A program made the translations under genes and the position numbers. From NCBI GenBank assembly GCA_035528115.1, contig DATKZF010000002.1:69751-133750 (forward strand): 64,000 nt of DNA, given 5' to 3'. Each line of letters opens with the position of its first letter. Positions within the stretch are counted from its first letter, which is position 1. The notes beneath the pieces were generated by a model. That model worked only from the letters and a program-made list of their open reading frames with translations. It searched no databases and was not told the DNA's origin. This DNA is from Candidatus Bipolaricaulota bacterium. Lineage in GTDB: Bacteria; Patescibacteriota; Patescibacteriia; UBA11705; DATKZF01. Shown here in pieces: positions 1 to 9,118 of this stretch.

Positions 1-69
1 CGTCGCGCAGGACGCCATCAGAAACGTGACGCACGTGAACATTGACGCCATTCTCGCGAACCTCTTCAT
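1..69 (-). CDS. 5' end of a high-GC putative lipoprotein (runs off window start)
   Basis: Minus-strand ATG at 69 preceded by GGGGAG; translates MKRFARMASMFTCVTFLMASCAT, with a lipobox-like MASC. Confidence 0.55.
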   Translation of the reverse strand, partial: MKRFARMASMFTCVTFLMASCAT

Positions 70-251
70 TTCGAATTCTCCCCCGCCGCTCGTTGCGACG
101 CGTGGAATGTTTCCGATTCTCATTCTCAGAATCTGGGAATCTCCCAAACTGTACTCGCTTCAGAGCGAAACGCTTACGGTTTGAGAGCCGAAAGGATTTA
201 CCTCTCGGCCGCTCCTCCTTGTTGATGTGATGTGATGCAGCTTCGCGGAAG

Positions 252-986
252 CTACTGGGACTTGCCCTTGTGCAGGTACAAGTTCCAATCGACCTTGCGC
301 TCGGCCGCGGCGGTCTCGGGAGCGTCTCCGCCCCCCATGACCGTCACGTTCGCGTCCTCGGCCTCGACGTTCACGGTCTTGTAGACCACGATCGTCTGCC
401 TACCGGCGGAAGGAATGTACTCCGGCCGCGGCAAGGGCATGGGCCGCGCGATGAGCTGCGTCTTCTGACGGGGACGCCGCGCGACCTGCGTGACCTTCAC
501 GCAGTCACTCTGACAGCCATCCGCCGTCGGCCGACACCGGAGCCGGTACCCTGGAAGGCACTGGCTCGGCGGGGCCGCGGTGAGCTGCACGGGTCGCTCG
601 CCGCAACCGTCGCCGAAGCATTTCTGCTCCAGCGCGTCGAGCCGCCGTCCGTGCTCCTCGATCTCCGGCTGGACGACGCCGATAGCGTCTGCCAGACGCC
701 CCACCTGGCTGGGCAGAACTTCCAACGAATGGTTGAAGTCCTGCCGCAAGGAATCGACATCGGCCATGTTCTGGGCAGCCAGCGCCGCCGTGTCTCCGAC
801 CACAGGAATCAATCCCGCAATCGAAGCGGCATTCTGGCCGCCCAGCGACCTTGCCTCCTCCGCCTTGACCCAGGCGGCGCCGCCGGTCTCGCCAACGGCA
901 GACACCCTCTGGCTGTTGTAGAACAAGTAGACCAGGACGGCGACCGAAGCCGCCGCCACCACAGCCGCCAGAATCTTTCGTCCCAT
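252..986 (-). CDS. high-GC hypothetical membrane-anchored protein
   Basis: 244-aa ORF; AGGAGG SD; N-terminal TM helix, short coiled coil, small Cys cluster. Confidence 0.75.
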   Translation of the reverse strand: MGRKILAAVVAAASVAVLVYLFYNSQRVSAVGETGGAAWVKAEEARSLGGQNAASIAGLIPVVGDTAALAAQNMADVDSLRQDFNHSLEVLPSQVGRLADAIGVVQPEIEEHGRRLDALEQKCFGDGCGERPVQLTAAPPSQCLPGYRLRCRPTADGCQSDCVKVTQVARRPRQKTQLIARPMPLPRPEYIPSAGRQTIVVYKTVNVEAEDANVTVMGGGDAPETAAAERKVDWNLYLHKGKSQ

Positions 987-1228
987 GATGAATTCCTCCT
1001 TTCATGGGTTCGTAGGTTTCGTCCGTAAACTCGCCACACATCGCTTTATTCTTACCTCTAAAAATAAAACGATTTAAGGCGAGAAACCCCTTGTTTTAGC
1101 CACGATTCTGGCTATTTTATTTAACCGTTCAGTATAGCATGCTTTTAATTTTTTGTCAATACTTTAAACTCCCTTTTAAAAAACTCCAGGCGCGTTCATG
1201 GAACGCGCCTTTTAAGGTGAAAAAACTA

Positions 1229-2068
1229 CTAGATGATCATCGCCAGGAGAGCCCCGAGACCCATGGCGATGATGGAAAAGGCGATGACCTTCACCAGCAG
1301 GTCGCTGTCGCCGGAGCGATCATCGCCCTCCCCGGCCTGTCCGGCGGAGCCTTTCGGACCTTGCGGACCGACGGGACCCTGCGGACCTTCCGGACCGGCG
1401 AGTCCCTGCGGACCTTCCGGACCGACGGGTCCCTGCGGGCCTTCCGGACCGACGGGTCCCTGCGGGCCTCGGGGTCCTTCCAGACCCTGCGGGCCGGGCA
1501 CGGGTTCCGGCCTCCCCGAATCGTCTTCGACGATCGGCGGAGGCGCTTCGGGTTCTTCCGGCGGCTCCACCACACGGGTGGTGAGAGCCGCCGGATCCAC
1601 GACCGCGATGAGGCGGTGGCACCCGGGACAGATGAGCTCCTGCCCGGGCAAGGCCTGCTCCCGCGCGACCTCGATCTGCCGGTCGCAGGCCGCGCAGACG
1701 AGAGGAACGAACTCTTCGCCCTCCTCGTCGTCGCCGTCGCCACCATCCTCGTCATCGGTGGCGTCGTCGCCGTCGCCGTCGTCGTCGTCGGCTGCGTCGC
1801 CGTCGTCGTCGTTGTCCGGAGGCGGAGCATCCGCCCCCACCGGCATGTCCAAGCCGCAAACGTTGCACTGCGACGCGCCCGCGGGCACGGCCGCGCCGCA
1901 CTCGCACTTACGGCCGGAGGGCTCGGGTACGGACACGATCTCTCCTTTCTCGTTGATGCGAAATACCTGCCCGCACGTCTCGCAAATCCCCTCCGCGCCG
2001 GCGACAGCCGACTCGTCAGGGATCTCGCCCACCGCCCCGCAATCGGGGTTAGGACATTTGATCTCCAT
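1229..2068 (-). CDS. zinc-ribbon, acidic-linker and collagen-like protein with C-terminal TM anchor
   Basis: Likely start [11 protein letters not shown] after GGGGAAAGGA; several CxxC pairs, poly-D/E tract, (G-P-X)n run, terminal hydrophobic helix. Confidence 0.8.
   Translation of the reverse strand: MEIKCPNPDCGAVGEIPDESAVAGAEGICETCGQVFRINEKGEIVSVPEPSGRKCECGAAVPAGASQCNVCGLDMPVGADAPPPDNDDDGDAADDDDGDGDDATDDEDGGDGDDEEGEEFVPLVCAACDRQIEVAREQALPGQELICPGCHRLIAVVDPAALTTRVVEPPEEPEAPPPIVEDDSGRPEPVPGPQGLEGPRGPQGPVGPEGPQGPVGPEGPQGLAGPEGPQGPVGPQGPKGSAGQAGEGDDRSGDSDLLVKVIAFSIIAMGLGALLAMII
1364..1471. repeat. 4 x 27-bp coding tandem repeat (collagen GPEGPQGPV unit)
   Basis: CGGACCGACGGGTCCCTGCGGGCCTTC-like units at 1364, 1391, 1418, 1445. 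Confidence 0.9.
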
Positions 2069-2229
2069 CTCTGTTTCCTTTCCCCAAATCCCATGGATTC
2101 GGGTTTTTTTATCATCCAAGTCCAACACGGAAAATCATAATATATTATCACATTAAGTAAATTCTGTCAATAGATAAAAGAACTCATTTCAATTAAAAAA
2201 AGCTATTTCCCTTGGGAAAATAGCCTTTG

Positions 2230-3663
2230 CTAGTAGTTCAACGCATTAACCTGATTGACGAGCGCTTCGAGCTGAGCCGAAATCCCATCAATCTTTTGCT
2301 CAGTCGACGGCGTCTGCCGCTCCACCTTCGCGGCCACCACAGCCTCCTTTGGGGGGGCAATGATTTTGTCCGCGGGGAGCGGCGAGAATTCGCACTGAAG
2401 CGCGGCCGAGGAGACCGATTCCAGCCGTTTTTGCGTCTCCTCGATTTGCCGAGAAAGCGCGGCGATCCGAGCCTCGAGACGAGCAAATTCTTCTCGCGAC
2501 CCATTTGAATCACCGGCCTTTTCGAGCGCCTTTTGCGCCCGCTTCAGCTGTTTGCCTTGCTCTTGCAGGGTCTCGCCTTGGGCTTTCATTTCTTTCGAAA
2601 TTCGAGCCAGTTTCTTGCTCATATCGCCTGCCGCGTATTGCCGAGCCTCCACAGCGGTGAGGCGTCTGCCGAGATTCCTGCCGAGCTTACGAAACGGTTC
2701 AGCCCATTTCTTCCCGGCCGCGGCAAGAACGGCCAGAGCCTTTTGCGTCGCGTTCTGGATTTCAAGCCGAGCCGCGGCCGCTTCCTTCAACGCCTGGTCG
2801 ACGGCCTGCTCCTTCTTGGCATACTTCTCCGAGAAAGAGCTCATGCCTTCAACCACGCGCATAACCTGCGGCAAGCTTTTTTCCAGCGCGCTCTGCGTGG
2901 CCTGACTTTTCTTGACGCTGATTTCAGCCTGCTTGCCGATGTCTCTGACCTCGATCAAAGACTTGTCGAGGTCTTGTCGCTTGATCGCGCTCGCGTCAAG
3001 CGCGGTAATCCTCCAACCCAGCTCAGAATAGTGCCTTTCCTGCAGGTAGAAAGCCACAATACCCGGGCTGCCAAGCACGACGGCGATGAGGATCGCCAGG
3101 GCTGGTCGCCAGTCATAGCTGACGCCACCATCAACGATCTTGTCCGGGTGGGATTCCACTCCGCCGGGCACAATATTATGCCAGTCATTCTCTGCCGGCA
3201 AAGCCCCCGACGGCGCGGCCGGCTGATCTTCAGCCGACTCTCCAGGAGGCTCAACAGTCTCTTCGTGTTGGAGAGCCGCCGCCGCAGGTGCCTCGGCATG
3301 AACCTCCACTACGAAATCCGCCGGCTGAGCATCCTGATGGATCAAGCCGTATTCAGCTATCGCAGCAGCCAGATCATCCGTGACGGACTCCTCATCATCG
3401 GTCTCAGACGCCGCGGCCGCGTCAGCGGACACCGGAACCAAGTCCCGATCCGTCGGATCCGGCGCTTGAGCAGGGCGACGCTGAACCGGTGTCGAAGTCG
3501 GCATCTGATCAAATGCCTCGAACGTCCCCTCTCCGTCAACCAAGCGTAGCATTATGCCGCAGTTGGGGCATGGTTCTTCATGCCCCTGATTCAGGTTTTC
3601 CACTTCAGCGGGTTTGACTTGCAAAGTCGCCTCGCAAATGGGGCACTTCCATGGCGTTTGCAT
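2230..3663 (-). CDS. zinc-ribbon, single-TM, long coiled-coil protein
   Basis: CPIC...CPNC at the N-terminus, acidic linker, TM near aa 190-208, heptad-rich C-terminus; GGAGG SD. Confidence 0.8.
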   Translation of the reverse strand: MQTPWKCPICEATLQVKPAEVENLNQGHEEPCPNCGIMLRLVDGEGTFEAFDQMPTSTPVQRRPAQAPDPTDRDLVPVSADAAAASETDDEESVTDDLAAAIAEYGLIHQDAQPADFVVEVHAEAPAAAALQHEETVEPPGESAEDQPAAPSGALPAENDWHNIVPGGVESHPDKIVDGGVSYDWRPALAILIAVVLGSPGIVAFYLQERHYSELGWRITALDASAIKRQDLDKSLIEVRDIGKQAEISVKKSQATQSALEKSLPQVMRVVEGMSSFSEKYAKKEQAVDQALKEAAAARLEIQNATQKALAVLAAAGKKWAEPFRKLGRNLGRRLTAVEARQYAAGDMSKKLARISKEMKAQGETLQEQGKQLKRAQKALEKAGDSNGSREEFARLEARIAALSRQIEETQKRLESVSSAALQCEFSPLPADKIIAPPKEAVVAAKVERQTPSTEQKIDGISAQLEALVNQVNALNY

Positions 3664-3807
3664 GATACCTCCAGAAAACGGTTGCGGGTTTGCTGATTTT
3701 CCGACATCTTAACTTAATACAAAAGCTAAATTTAATCAAGCACAACAATAAAAACACCGAGAGTCATCCAACTCTCGGGTTTTTAAATATATAATTTTTT
3801 TTAATGT

Positions 3808-4590
3808 TTATTGCGCGTTTTCTTGATGAGTTTTGGGCATAATATCGATTTCTTCTTCCGGATAATATGAATAAGTTTCGATTTCCGCTCGTTTTTTGGC
3901 GGCGGATTCCAAAGCCTCTTCCTCCTCAACATTTTCGATTATTTTAATCGGCCGTCTCTTTTTTTTGCCGCGACCGGTCGCGTTCGGCGAAAGAGCCACA
4001 TAAGAGATGCCGATAATGGCGCCGATCAATATTCCCAAAAACGCGTTCAACACGAAATTGGGCTTGACCGGATATCTCGAAACCAAAACATTATCAACGA
4101 TTTTAATACTGACATTGGAGGAGCCGATATACTCTTGGCCTTGCTTGGCCAAAACATCGGCCACGGCATTGGCCAATTCTCCCGCTTTGTATTGACTGCC
4201 GTCATAAACGATAATTTGCAAAATGCCCGTGCCTCTTTTTACCTGAGTTTCCACGGTTCTGGCCCATTCTTGTCGTCTTTTGTATTCCAAAGGATCAAAA
4301 GAACTTCTCGAGACATCATAGCCCGAATTCATGACTTTATCGAAAAAAGTCGAAGTATAAACCAATTGAGACAAACTGTCGGCCACTCTTTCCGCGGAAC
4401 GCGAAGCGCTGTAAATATCGTAATTCACGTCCCCCGTTTGAATAATCAAAAGACTGATTGAAGCCGAATATTTAAGAGGTTGAAATAAACTGAAAATCAA
4501 CGTTAACAACAACACAAAAGAAGTTATGAGAATGATTACCCCTTTTCTTTTTGAGACTTGAGATAAAATTAAAATTTCATTTGATTGCAT
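3808..4590 (-). CDS. Wzz/CapA-like polysaccharide chain-length determinant
   Basis: Two TM helices, PLKYSAS after TM1, PVKPN before TM2. Confidence 0.75.
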   Translation of the reverse strand: MQSNEILILSQVSKRKGVIILITSFVLLLTLIFSLFQPLKYSASISLLIIQTGDVNYDIYSASRSAERVADSLSQLVYTSTFFDKVMNSGYDVSRSSFDPLEYKRRQEWARTVETQVKRGTGILQIIVYDGSQYKAGELANAVADVLAKQGQEYIGSSNVSIKIVDNVLVSRYPVKPNFVLNAFLGILIGAIIGISYVALSPNATGRGKKKRRPIKIIENVEEEEALESAAKKRAEIETYSYYPEEEIDIMPKTHQENAQ

Positions 4591-4640
4591 ACCTCCTGAT
4601 TATAACACAATATCGCATTCTTGGCAAGGTCGATTTATTT

Positions 4641-5771
4641 TTACTCTAAAATGACGGTTTTTTCAATATTCTCAACTCCTCGCAAAATTTTCATCACAAT
4701 CTCCTGCCCGGGCTTGTATGATTGAACCAATTTCGTCAAAGTATCGCTCGAAGTGATGGTTTCACCCTCGATTGAAATTATTATATCTCCCGGCAATAAA
4801 CCCGCTTTCTGAGCCGGACTTTGCGCCATAACGGCCGGCCACAAATCGGAAGCGAAAATTAAGGCGCCGTTTTTCACATCAGCATATTTGTCCCAGCCGA
4901 TTGATTCGCTCAAATCAATGAAATGAACGCCCAAAACCGGCCGAACTATTTTTTTCTCCGAAACGGCTTGCTTGATCACCATTTGAATATTATCGATGGC
5001 CAGAGCCGTGTTTTCGGAAGTGACAATGCCAAAAACCTGGCCGTCCAAATTAACCAAAGGCGCGCCAAGCCATTTCTTATCGAGCGTCTCAATCAATTTT
5101 ATTTCTTGATAATGAATTTCCGAAGAATGTATTAAGTCGCCCTTTTTCTCGGCGGAAGAAAAATATAAACGTTCTATGTTCGTCGGCAAAATATTATTTC
5201 CGGAAATAACCAAAGCCGTCTGGCCGCTGGATAAATATTCCCGACTTATCAAATTGACCACGGGCAAATCCTTGGCGTCAATTTTTATAAAACACGCCGT
5301 CGTGCCGGAATCGCAAACGGTCTCTTCGATCGAATAAACTTTTTTATCGAAAGAAACCGCCACTTCCTCGCCGCTTCCGCCCAAAACGCTTTTGTCCGTC
5401 AATATCCAACCGTCCGCGGTCATGATCGCGCCGACGCCCCGCGCGTCGTTTTCCAATAAAATATCATCGTACGAATTTGATTTTCTGCGAAACGCGTAAA
5501 AATCAACAATGGCCGGCCTGACGCTTTCAATGGTCGAATACACGGACAAATCTTTTTCGGACAAAATATCTTTTAATTTTTTATCCTGCTTGGCGGTCAA
5601 CTCGTCCAAACGCTGACTCAAAGTTTGAATTTTTTGTTCATCTGGAACTCCACCGGAAAGGAAAGAGTCCAGCCATAATTCCCCCAAGACTCCGGAAATG
5701 AAACCGAAAATCACGGACACGATTATCACGGACAAAATTTGCGCGTAAAACTTGGAAAAGAATTTTTTCAT
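4641..5771 (-). CDS. HtrA/DegP-like trypsin-PDZ protein with degenerate catalytic triad
   Basis: GAPLVNLDGQVFGI, RPVLGV and SPAQKAGLLPGDII (PDZ); N-terminal TM. Confidence 0.85.
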   Translation of the reverse strand: MKKFFSKFYAQILSVIIVSVIFGFISGVLGELWLDSFLSGGVPDEQKIQTLSQRLDELTAKQDKKLKDILSEKDLSVYSTIESVRPAIVDFYAFRRKSNSYDDILLENDARGVGAIMTADGWILTDKSVLGGSGEEVAVSFDKKVYSIEETVCDSGTTACFIKIDAKDLPVVNLISREYLSSGQTALVISGNNILPTNIERLYFSSAEKKGDLIHSSEIHYQEIKLIETLDKKWLGAPLVNLDGQVFGIVTSENTALAIDNIQMVIKQAVSEKKIVRPVLGVHFIDLSESIGWDKYADVKNGALIFASDLWPAVMAQSPAQKAGLLPGDIIISIEGETITSSDTLTKLVQSYKPGQEIVMKILRGVENIEKTVILE

Positions 5772-5777
5772 ATTTAA

Positions 5778-6539
5778 TTATATCCACTGAGCAGTCAACA
5801 AAATCACTGCAAAGCAAACTGCGCTGATTATTACAAAATTAATGATTCTTTTTTTATCCAAACTGCCGAGCAGAAAAAATCTCGCCAAACCGGTCATCAA
5901 ATAAAAAGCGATGGTCATCACCAAACCGTTGACGAAATAGCTGGTCGGCAAATAATACAAGGCGCCGAAAAGCTCCACCAAAATAAACGAAATCGAAAAA
6001 ACAAAAATCCTGCCATCGGAAAACTTTATTTTGTTAACCCAGAAAAGTTGATACGTCAACAGACAAGAAACCAACAAGACCGTCAGCGCCAAGAACAACG
6101 AATTGATTTTCAAAAAAACCACCATGGCGTAGACGAACGAACAAAACAGAAAAACCGTCAAAATATTCAAGTACCAAGAAAAATTTTCCAATGAATACGG
6201 CTGGTATCTGGCCGGATAAAATTTAAAATCCAATATTCTGCCCAAATACAGGAACAAAACAATCCCTGAAAAAACAGCAAAAAGATGCAGAGTCCAACCT
6301 TTATTTAAAAATAACGAAAAACTGATTGATGAAATCACGTAAATCAACGGACTGATTACCAGCCCCCAAAACCCGGGACGCAACTTCCAGCGATTGAACA
6401 TCAATAAGGCGAAGAAAACGAGAACCGCGCTGAGCGAGCCGAAAATCCAGAGCAGATTTTCATTCAACATGATAATCTCAATGGTCAAGACAAGCATTAT
6501 GGACGTCAAAAATTGCGCTAACTTGTTGATTAAAAACAT
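5778..6539 (-). CDS. polytopic membrane protein (conserved CPR hypothetical)
   Basis: 253 aa, about 9 hydrophobic helices, operonic with neighbours. Confidence 0.75.
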   Translation of the reverse strand: MFLINKLAQFLTSIMLVLTIEIIMLNENLLWIFGSLSAVLVFFALLMFNRWKLRPGFWGLVISPLIYVISSISFSLFLNKGWTLHLFAVFSGIVLFLYLGRILDFKFYPARYQPYSLENFSWYLNILTVFLFCSFVYAMVVFLKINSLFLALTVLLVSCLLTYQLFWVNKIKFSDGRIFVFSISFILVELFGALYYLPTSYFVNGLVMTIAFYLMTGLARFFLLGSLDKKRIINFVIISAVCFAVILLTAQWI

Positions 6540-6542
6540 AAA

Positions 6543-7631
6543 TTATTCAGTCGCCCTTTGCTTCATCCTATCCAAGGCGTCTCTTTCTTCAAATAATTCC
6601 TTAATCAAAATACTGATGGCCGTGGCCACGGGGATGGCGAGCACAGCGCCGATCACCCCTCCCACTTTCGCGCCGATAAGCAAAGCGATCACGCTGATGA
6701 TCGGATTTAAGCCCACCGCCTTTTGCATTATTTTGGGCACCAGCAAATGATTTTCCAGCTGTTGAATAATTACGAACAAAATCAGTACGAGCAAAGCCTT
6801 GAGCGGCGATTGAGCGAACGCCAGAAAAATGGCGGGAATCGAGCTGATGATCGGCCCGATGTAGGGAATAAATTCTCCGATGGCCGCTATCAAAGCCAAA
6901 ATCAATGCGTACTTCACGCCCAAAATCAACAACCCTATGTATGAAAAAATTCCGATTATCAAACTCAAAATCAACTGGCCTTTAAGCCAAGCGCCAATTT
7001 TCTTCTGGATCTTATTGATTAGCATCACGACAAAATCTTGGTATCGAGATGGCAAAACGGCTCGCAAAGTTCGTTTGATGGCGTCTTCTTCCACGGTCAT
7101 GTAAAACGTGATCACCAAAATCACCAAGAACGAAAACAGCCCGCCAAAGATGCTGGCCACCGTTGAAAAAATACTGCCGGCCGCTTTGGTCAGGGAAGAA
7201 CTGATTGATGACGCGTTGTCAGCGGATTGCTCAAATCCGAATTTGTCGGAATATTCTTTGACAAAAGAAAAAGCTTGCGTGACTTTTTCATAATATCGAG
7301 GAAAATTGTCCGCCAACTCGCTTACCTGATGGGCGATCGGCGGAATGATCAAAACAACGGCGGATCCGACGATGGCGATGGCCACCAAATAAACCAACAA
7401 AACGCTGACGCCTCGAGGAATTTTTTTGTTTTCCAAATAATCAACCCAAGAATCTATCGCCGAGGCGAAAATCAAAGCCACGAAAATCAGAGCCAGCACG
7501 TCTTTGATCAAATACAGAAAATACAAACTCAAAACAACCAAAAAAAACTTAACAATCGAAACAAAGGAGATATTTATCGTCCTGTGATTTTTCATATTTT
7601 TGATAAATGAAATGATGTTATCATTATACAA
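6543..7631 (-). CDS. AI-2E (UPF0118/PerM) family transporter
   Basis: IPYIGPII, QQLENHLLVPKIM, GAVLAIP motifs. Confidence 0.9.
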   Translation of the reverse strand: MYNDNIISFIKNMKNHRTINISFVSIVKFFLVVLSLYFLYLIKDVLALIFVALIFASAIDSWVDYLENKKIPRGVSVLLVYLVAIAIVGSAVVLIIPPIAHQVSELADNFPRYYEKVTQAFSFVKEYSDKFGFEQSADNASSISSSLTKAAGSIFSTVASIFGGLFSFLVILVITFYMTVEEDAIKRTLRAVLPSRYQDFVVMLINKIQKKIGAWLKGQLILSLIIGIFSYIGLLILGVKYALILALIAAIGEFIPYIGPIISSIPAIFLAFAQSPLKALLVLILFVIIQQLENHLLVPKIMQKAVGLNPIISVIALLIGAKVGGVIGAVLAIPVATAISILIKELFEERDALDRMKQRATE

Positions 7632-7675
7632 TAATTTTTAAAAAACAGCTAATAACGCCGCGGCGGCAACCGAGC

Positions 7676-7704
7676 TTGACAAATTTCGTCTTTTTTGCTA
7701 CTAT
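7676..7704 (+). promoter_or_regulatory. sigma70 promoter with extended -10
   Basis: TTGACA(7676-81)-17 nt-TACTAT(7699-704), with TG at the extended -10 position. Confidence 0.7.
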
Positions 7705-7707
7705 AAT

Positions 7708-8149
7708 CAACTCTGCGATAAATTCGCGGAATTGTTCATTAATATCGCTCCGCTAGGACGCACATTTGGGCGTTATTTCAAATAAAATCCAAACGTGTGC
7801 CCTAGAGGGGCAAAAGGCCCCCCTCGTGGGGGACGAATGCTATTAATTACTAACATCAACCCACAAGGTTGACGTTGGATTTAGCCTTCCCTCATGAGCG
7901 CACTATAAAAAGGACAACAAGACAAACAGGAAAAAAATAAGAAAAGAGAAAGAGAAGAAAGCAGTACAAAAGAAGAAAGAAACCCCAGACGGTCCAACCC
8001 GATGTTGAAAAAACCCATGCAACCCCACCCACCCATGCTTACCCCAAACCTTTTCAACATTACTCCCGTCCCGCCCCAACCCACCTTGTACCCGCTTCTC
8101 TCAACCTTTCTCACTCCTGACAATGCACCTATTGTCCTTTTTTCTTTTT
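7708..8149 (+). ncRNA. candidate structured non-coding RNA of unknown family
   Basis: Follows a consensus promoter; several hairpins, then an imperfect hairpin of about 235 nt closed by 7907-7917/8132-8142 and a T-run; no credible ORF. Confidence 0.45.
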
Positions 8150-8174
8150 AAACGTATTATTTATAATATTGAAT

Positions 8175-8627
8175 ATGAAACCCGTCTATAATAAACAAGC
8201 GCATTTCGATTATGAAATCCTGGAGAAATTCGAGGCGGGTTTGAAATTGACGGGCGCGGAAGTAAAAGCGGTCAAAGCCGGGGGCATTAACTTAAAAGGT
8301 TCCTATGTCACGCTCAAACAACAACCCAAAACCGAGGTTTTTTTAATCAACGCTCACATTTCAAAATATAAACCGGCCGGCGAGCAACCGGAATACGACC
8401 CGACAGGGTCTCGCAAACTGCTTTTGCGCAAAGAAGAAATCAATAAATTAACGGGTATTTTACGGCAAAAAGGCTTGACATTCGTCCCTCTTCGGGTGTA
8501 TACTAAGCACAACCTCGTTAAATTGGAATTCGGCGTCGGCCGAGGCAAGAAACGATTCGAGAAAAAAGACAGCATCAAAAAAAGAGAGAATGATCGAAAA
8601 ATTGAACGAGCGATGAAGCAATATTAA
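8175..8627 (+). CDS. smpB: SsrA-binding protein
   Basis: NKQAHFDYEILEKFEAGLKLTGAEVK, RKLLL, GRGKK; adjacent to tmRNA. Confidence 0.97.
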   Translation: MKPVYNKQAHFDYEILEKFEAGLKLTGAEVKAVKAGGINLKGSYVTLKQQPKTEVFLINAHISKYKPAGEQPEYDPTGSRKLLLRKEEINKLTGILRQKGLTFVPLRVYTKHNLVKLEFGVGRGKKRFEKKDSIKKRENDRKIERAMKQY

Positions 8628-8663
8628 TGATACGTGTTACGTGATGCATGATACGTGGATAAC

Positions 8664-9046
8664 GGGGATGATCGGCTTCGACGGGAGTCCTGAAATCAAA
8701 AGCGCGAAATGAGCTGTCAGCCGCTCATTAAACTGCTGGCAAATCCAATAAGTGCAACAAATGTACTGGCGAAAGTCAAAAGCTTATTTCAAGCTCCGGC
8801 TTTTGCTCCCGTTCTTGCCTAAAAGTGAGAACCGTCCGCTTGCCGATACTCGATGAGCAAACCGGACGTCAATATCGAGTTAGGCCGTCGCCATGCCAAA
8901 AGCGCCGACTGAAATAAAACGGCTCGGCCCGCTCGGAGTTTCGTTTATCTTTAATCCGGCGGTCTTAAATGATAAGATAAACTATTTTCGTAGATGCTTT
9001 TTATTTCAACTTCCAGACGCGGGTTCGATTCCCGCCATCTCCACCA
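8664..9046 (+). ncRNA. ssrA: tmRNA
   Basis: 5' GGGGATGATCGGCTTCGAC, 3' GCGGGTTCGATTCCCGCCATCTCCACCA; tag ORF 8754-8822 ATNVLAKVKSLFQAPAFAPVLA*. Confidence 0.95.
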
Positions 9047-9118
9047 TTCGACTCGCTCCGCTCGCTCATGGTGTTCCACCACCTGCAAATCAAATTAATT
9101 ACATTATTTTCTAAAAAA

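Noticed and set aside
270-3549. Long overlapping alternative-frame ORFs (also near 42.3-43.1, 54.2-55.1 and 62.3-63.3 kb)
   Set aside because: Expected stop-poor shadow frames of GC-rich genes; the chosen frames have SD sites and coherent domains.
7881-8123. 80-aa minus-strand ORF
   Set aside because: Low-complexity G/F/L/S translation is a by-product of the skewed hairpin; no SD or family motif.
7907-8142. DGR template/variable repeat pair
   Set aside because: The arms are inverted and gapped, neither lies in a gene, and no reverse transcriptase is in the window.
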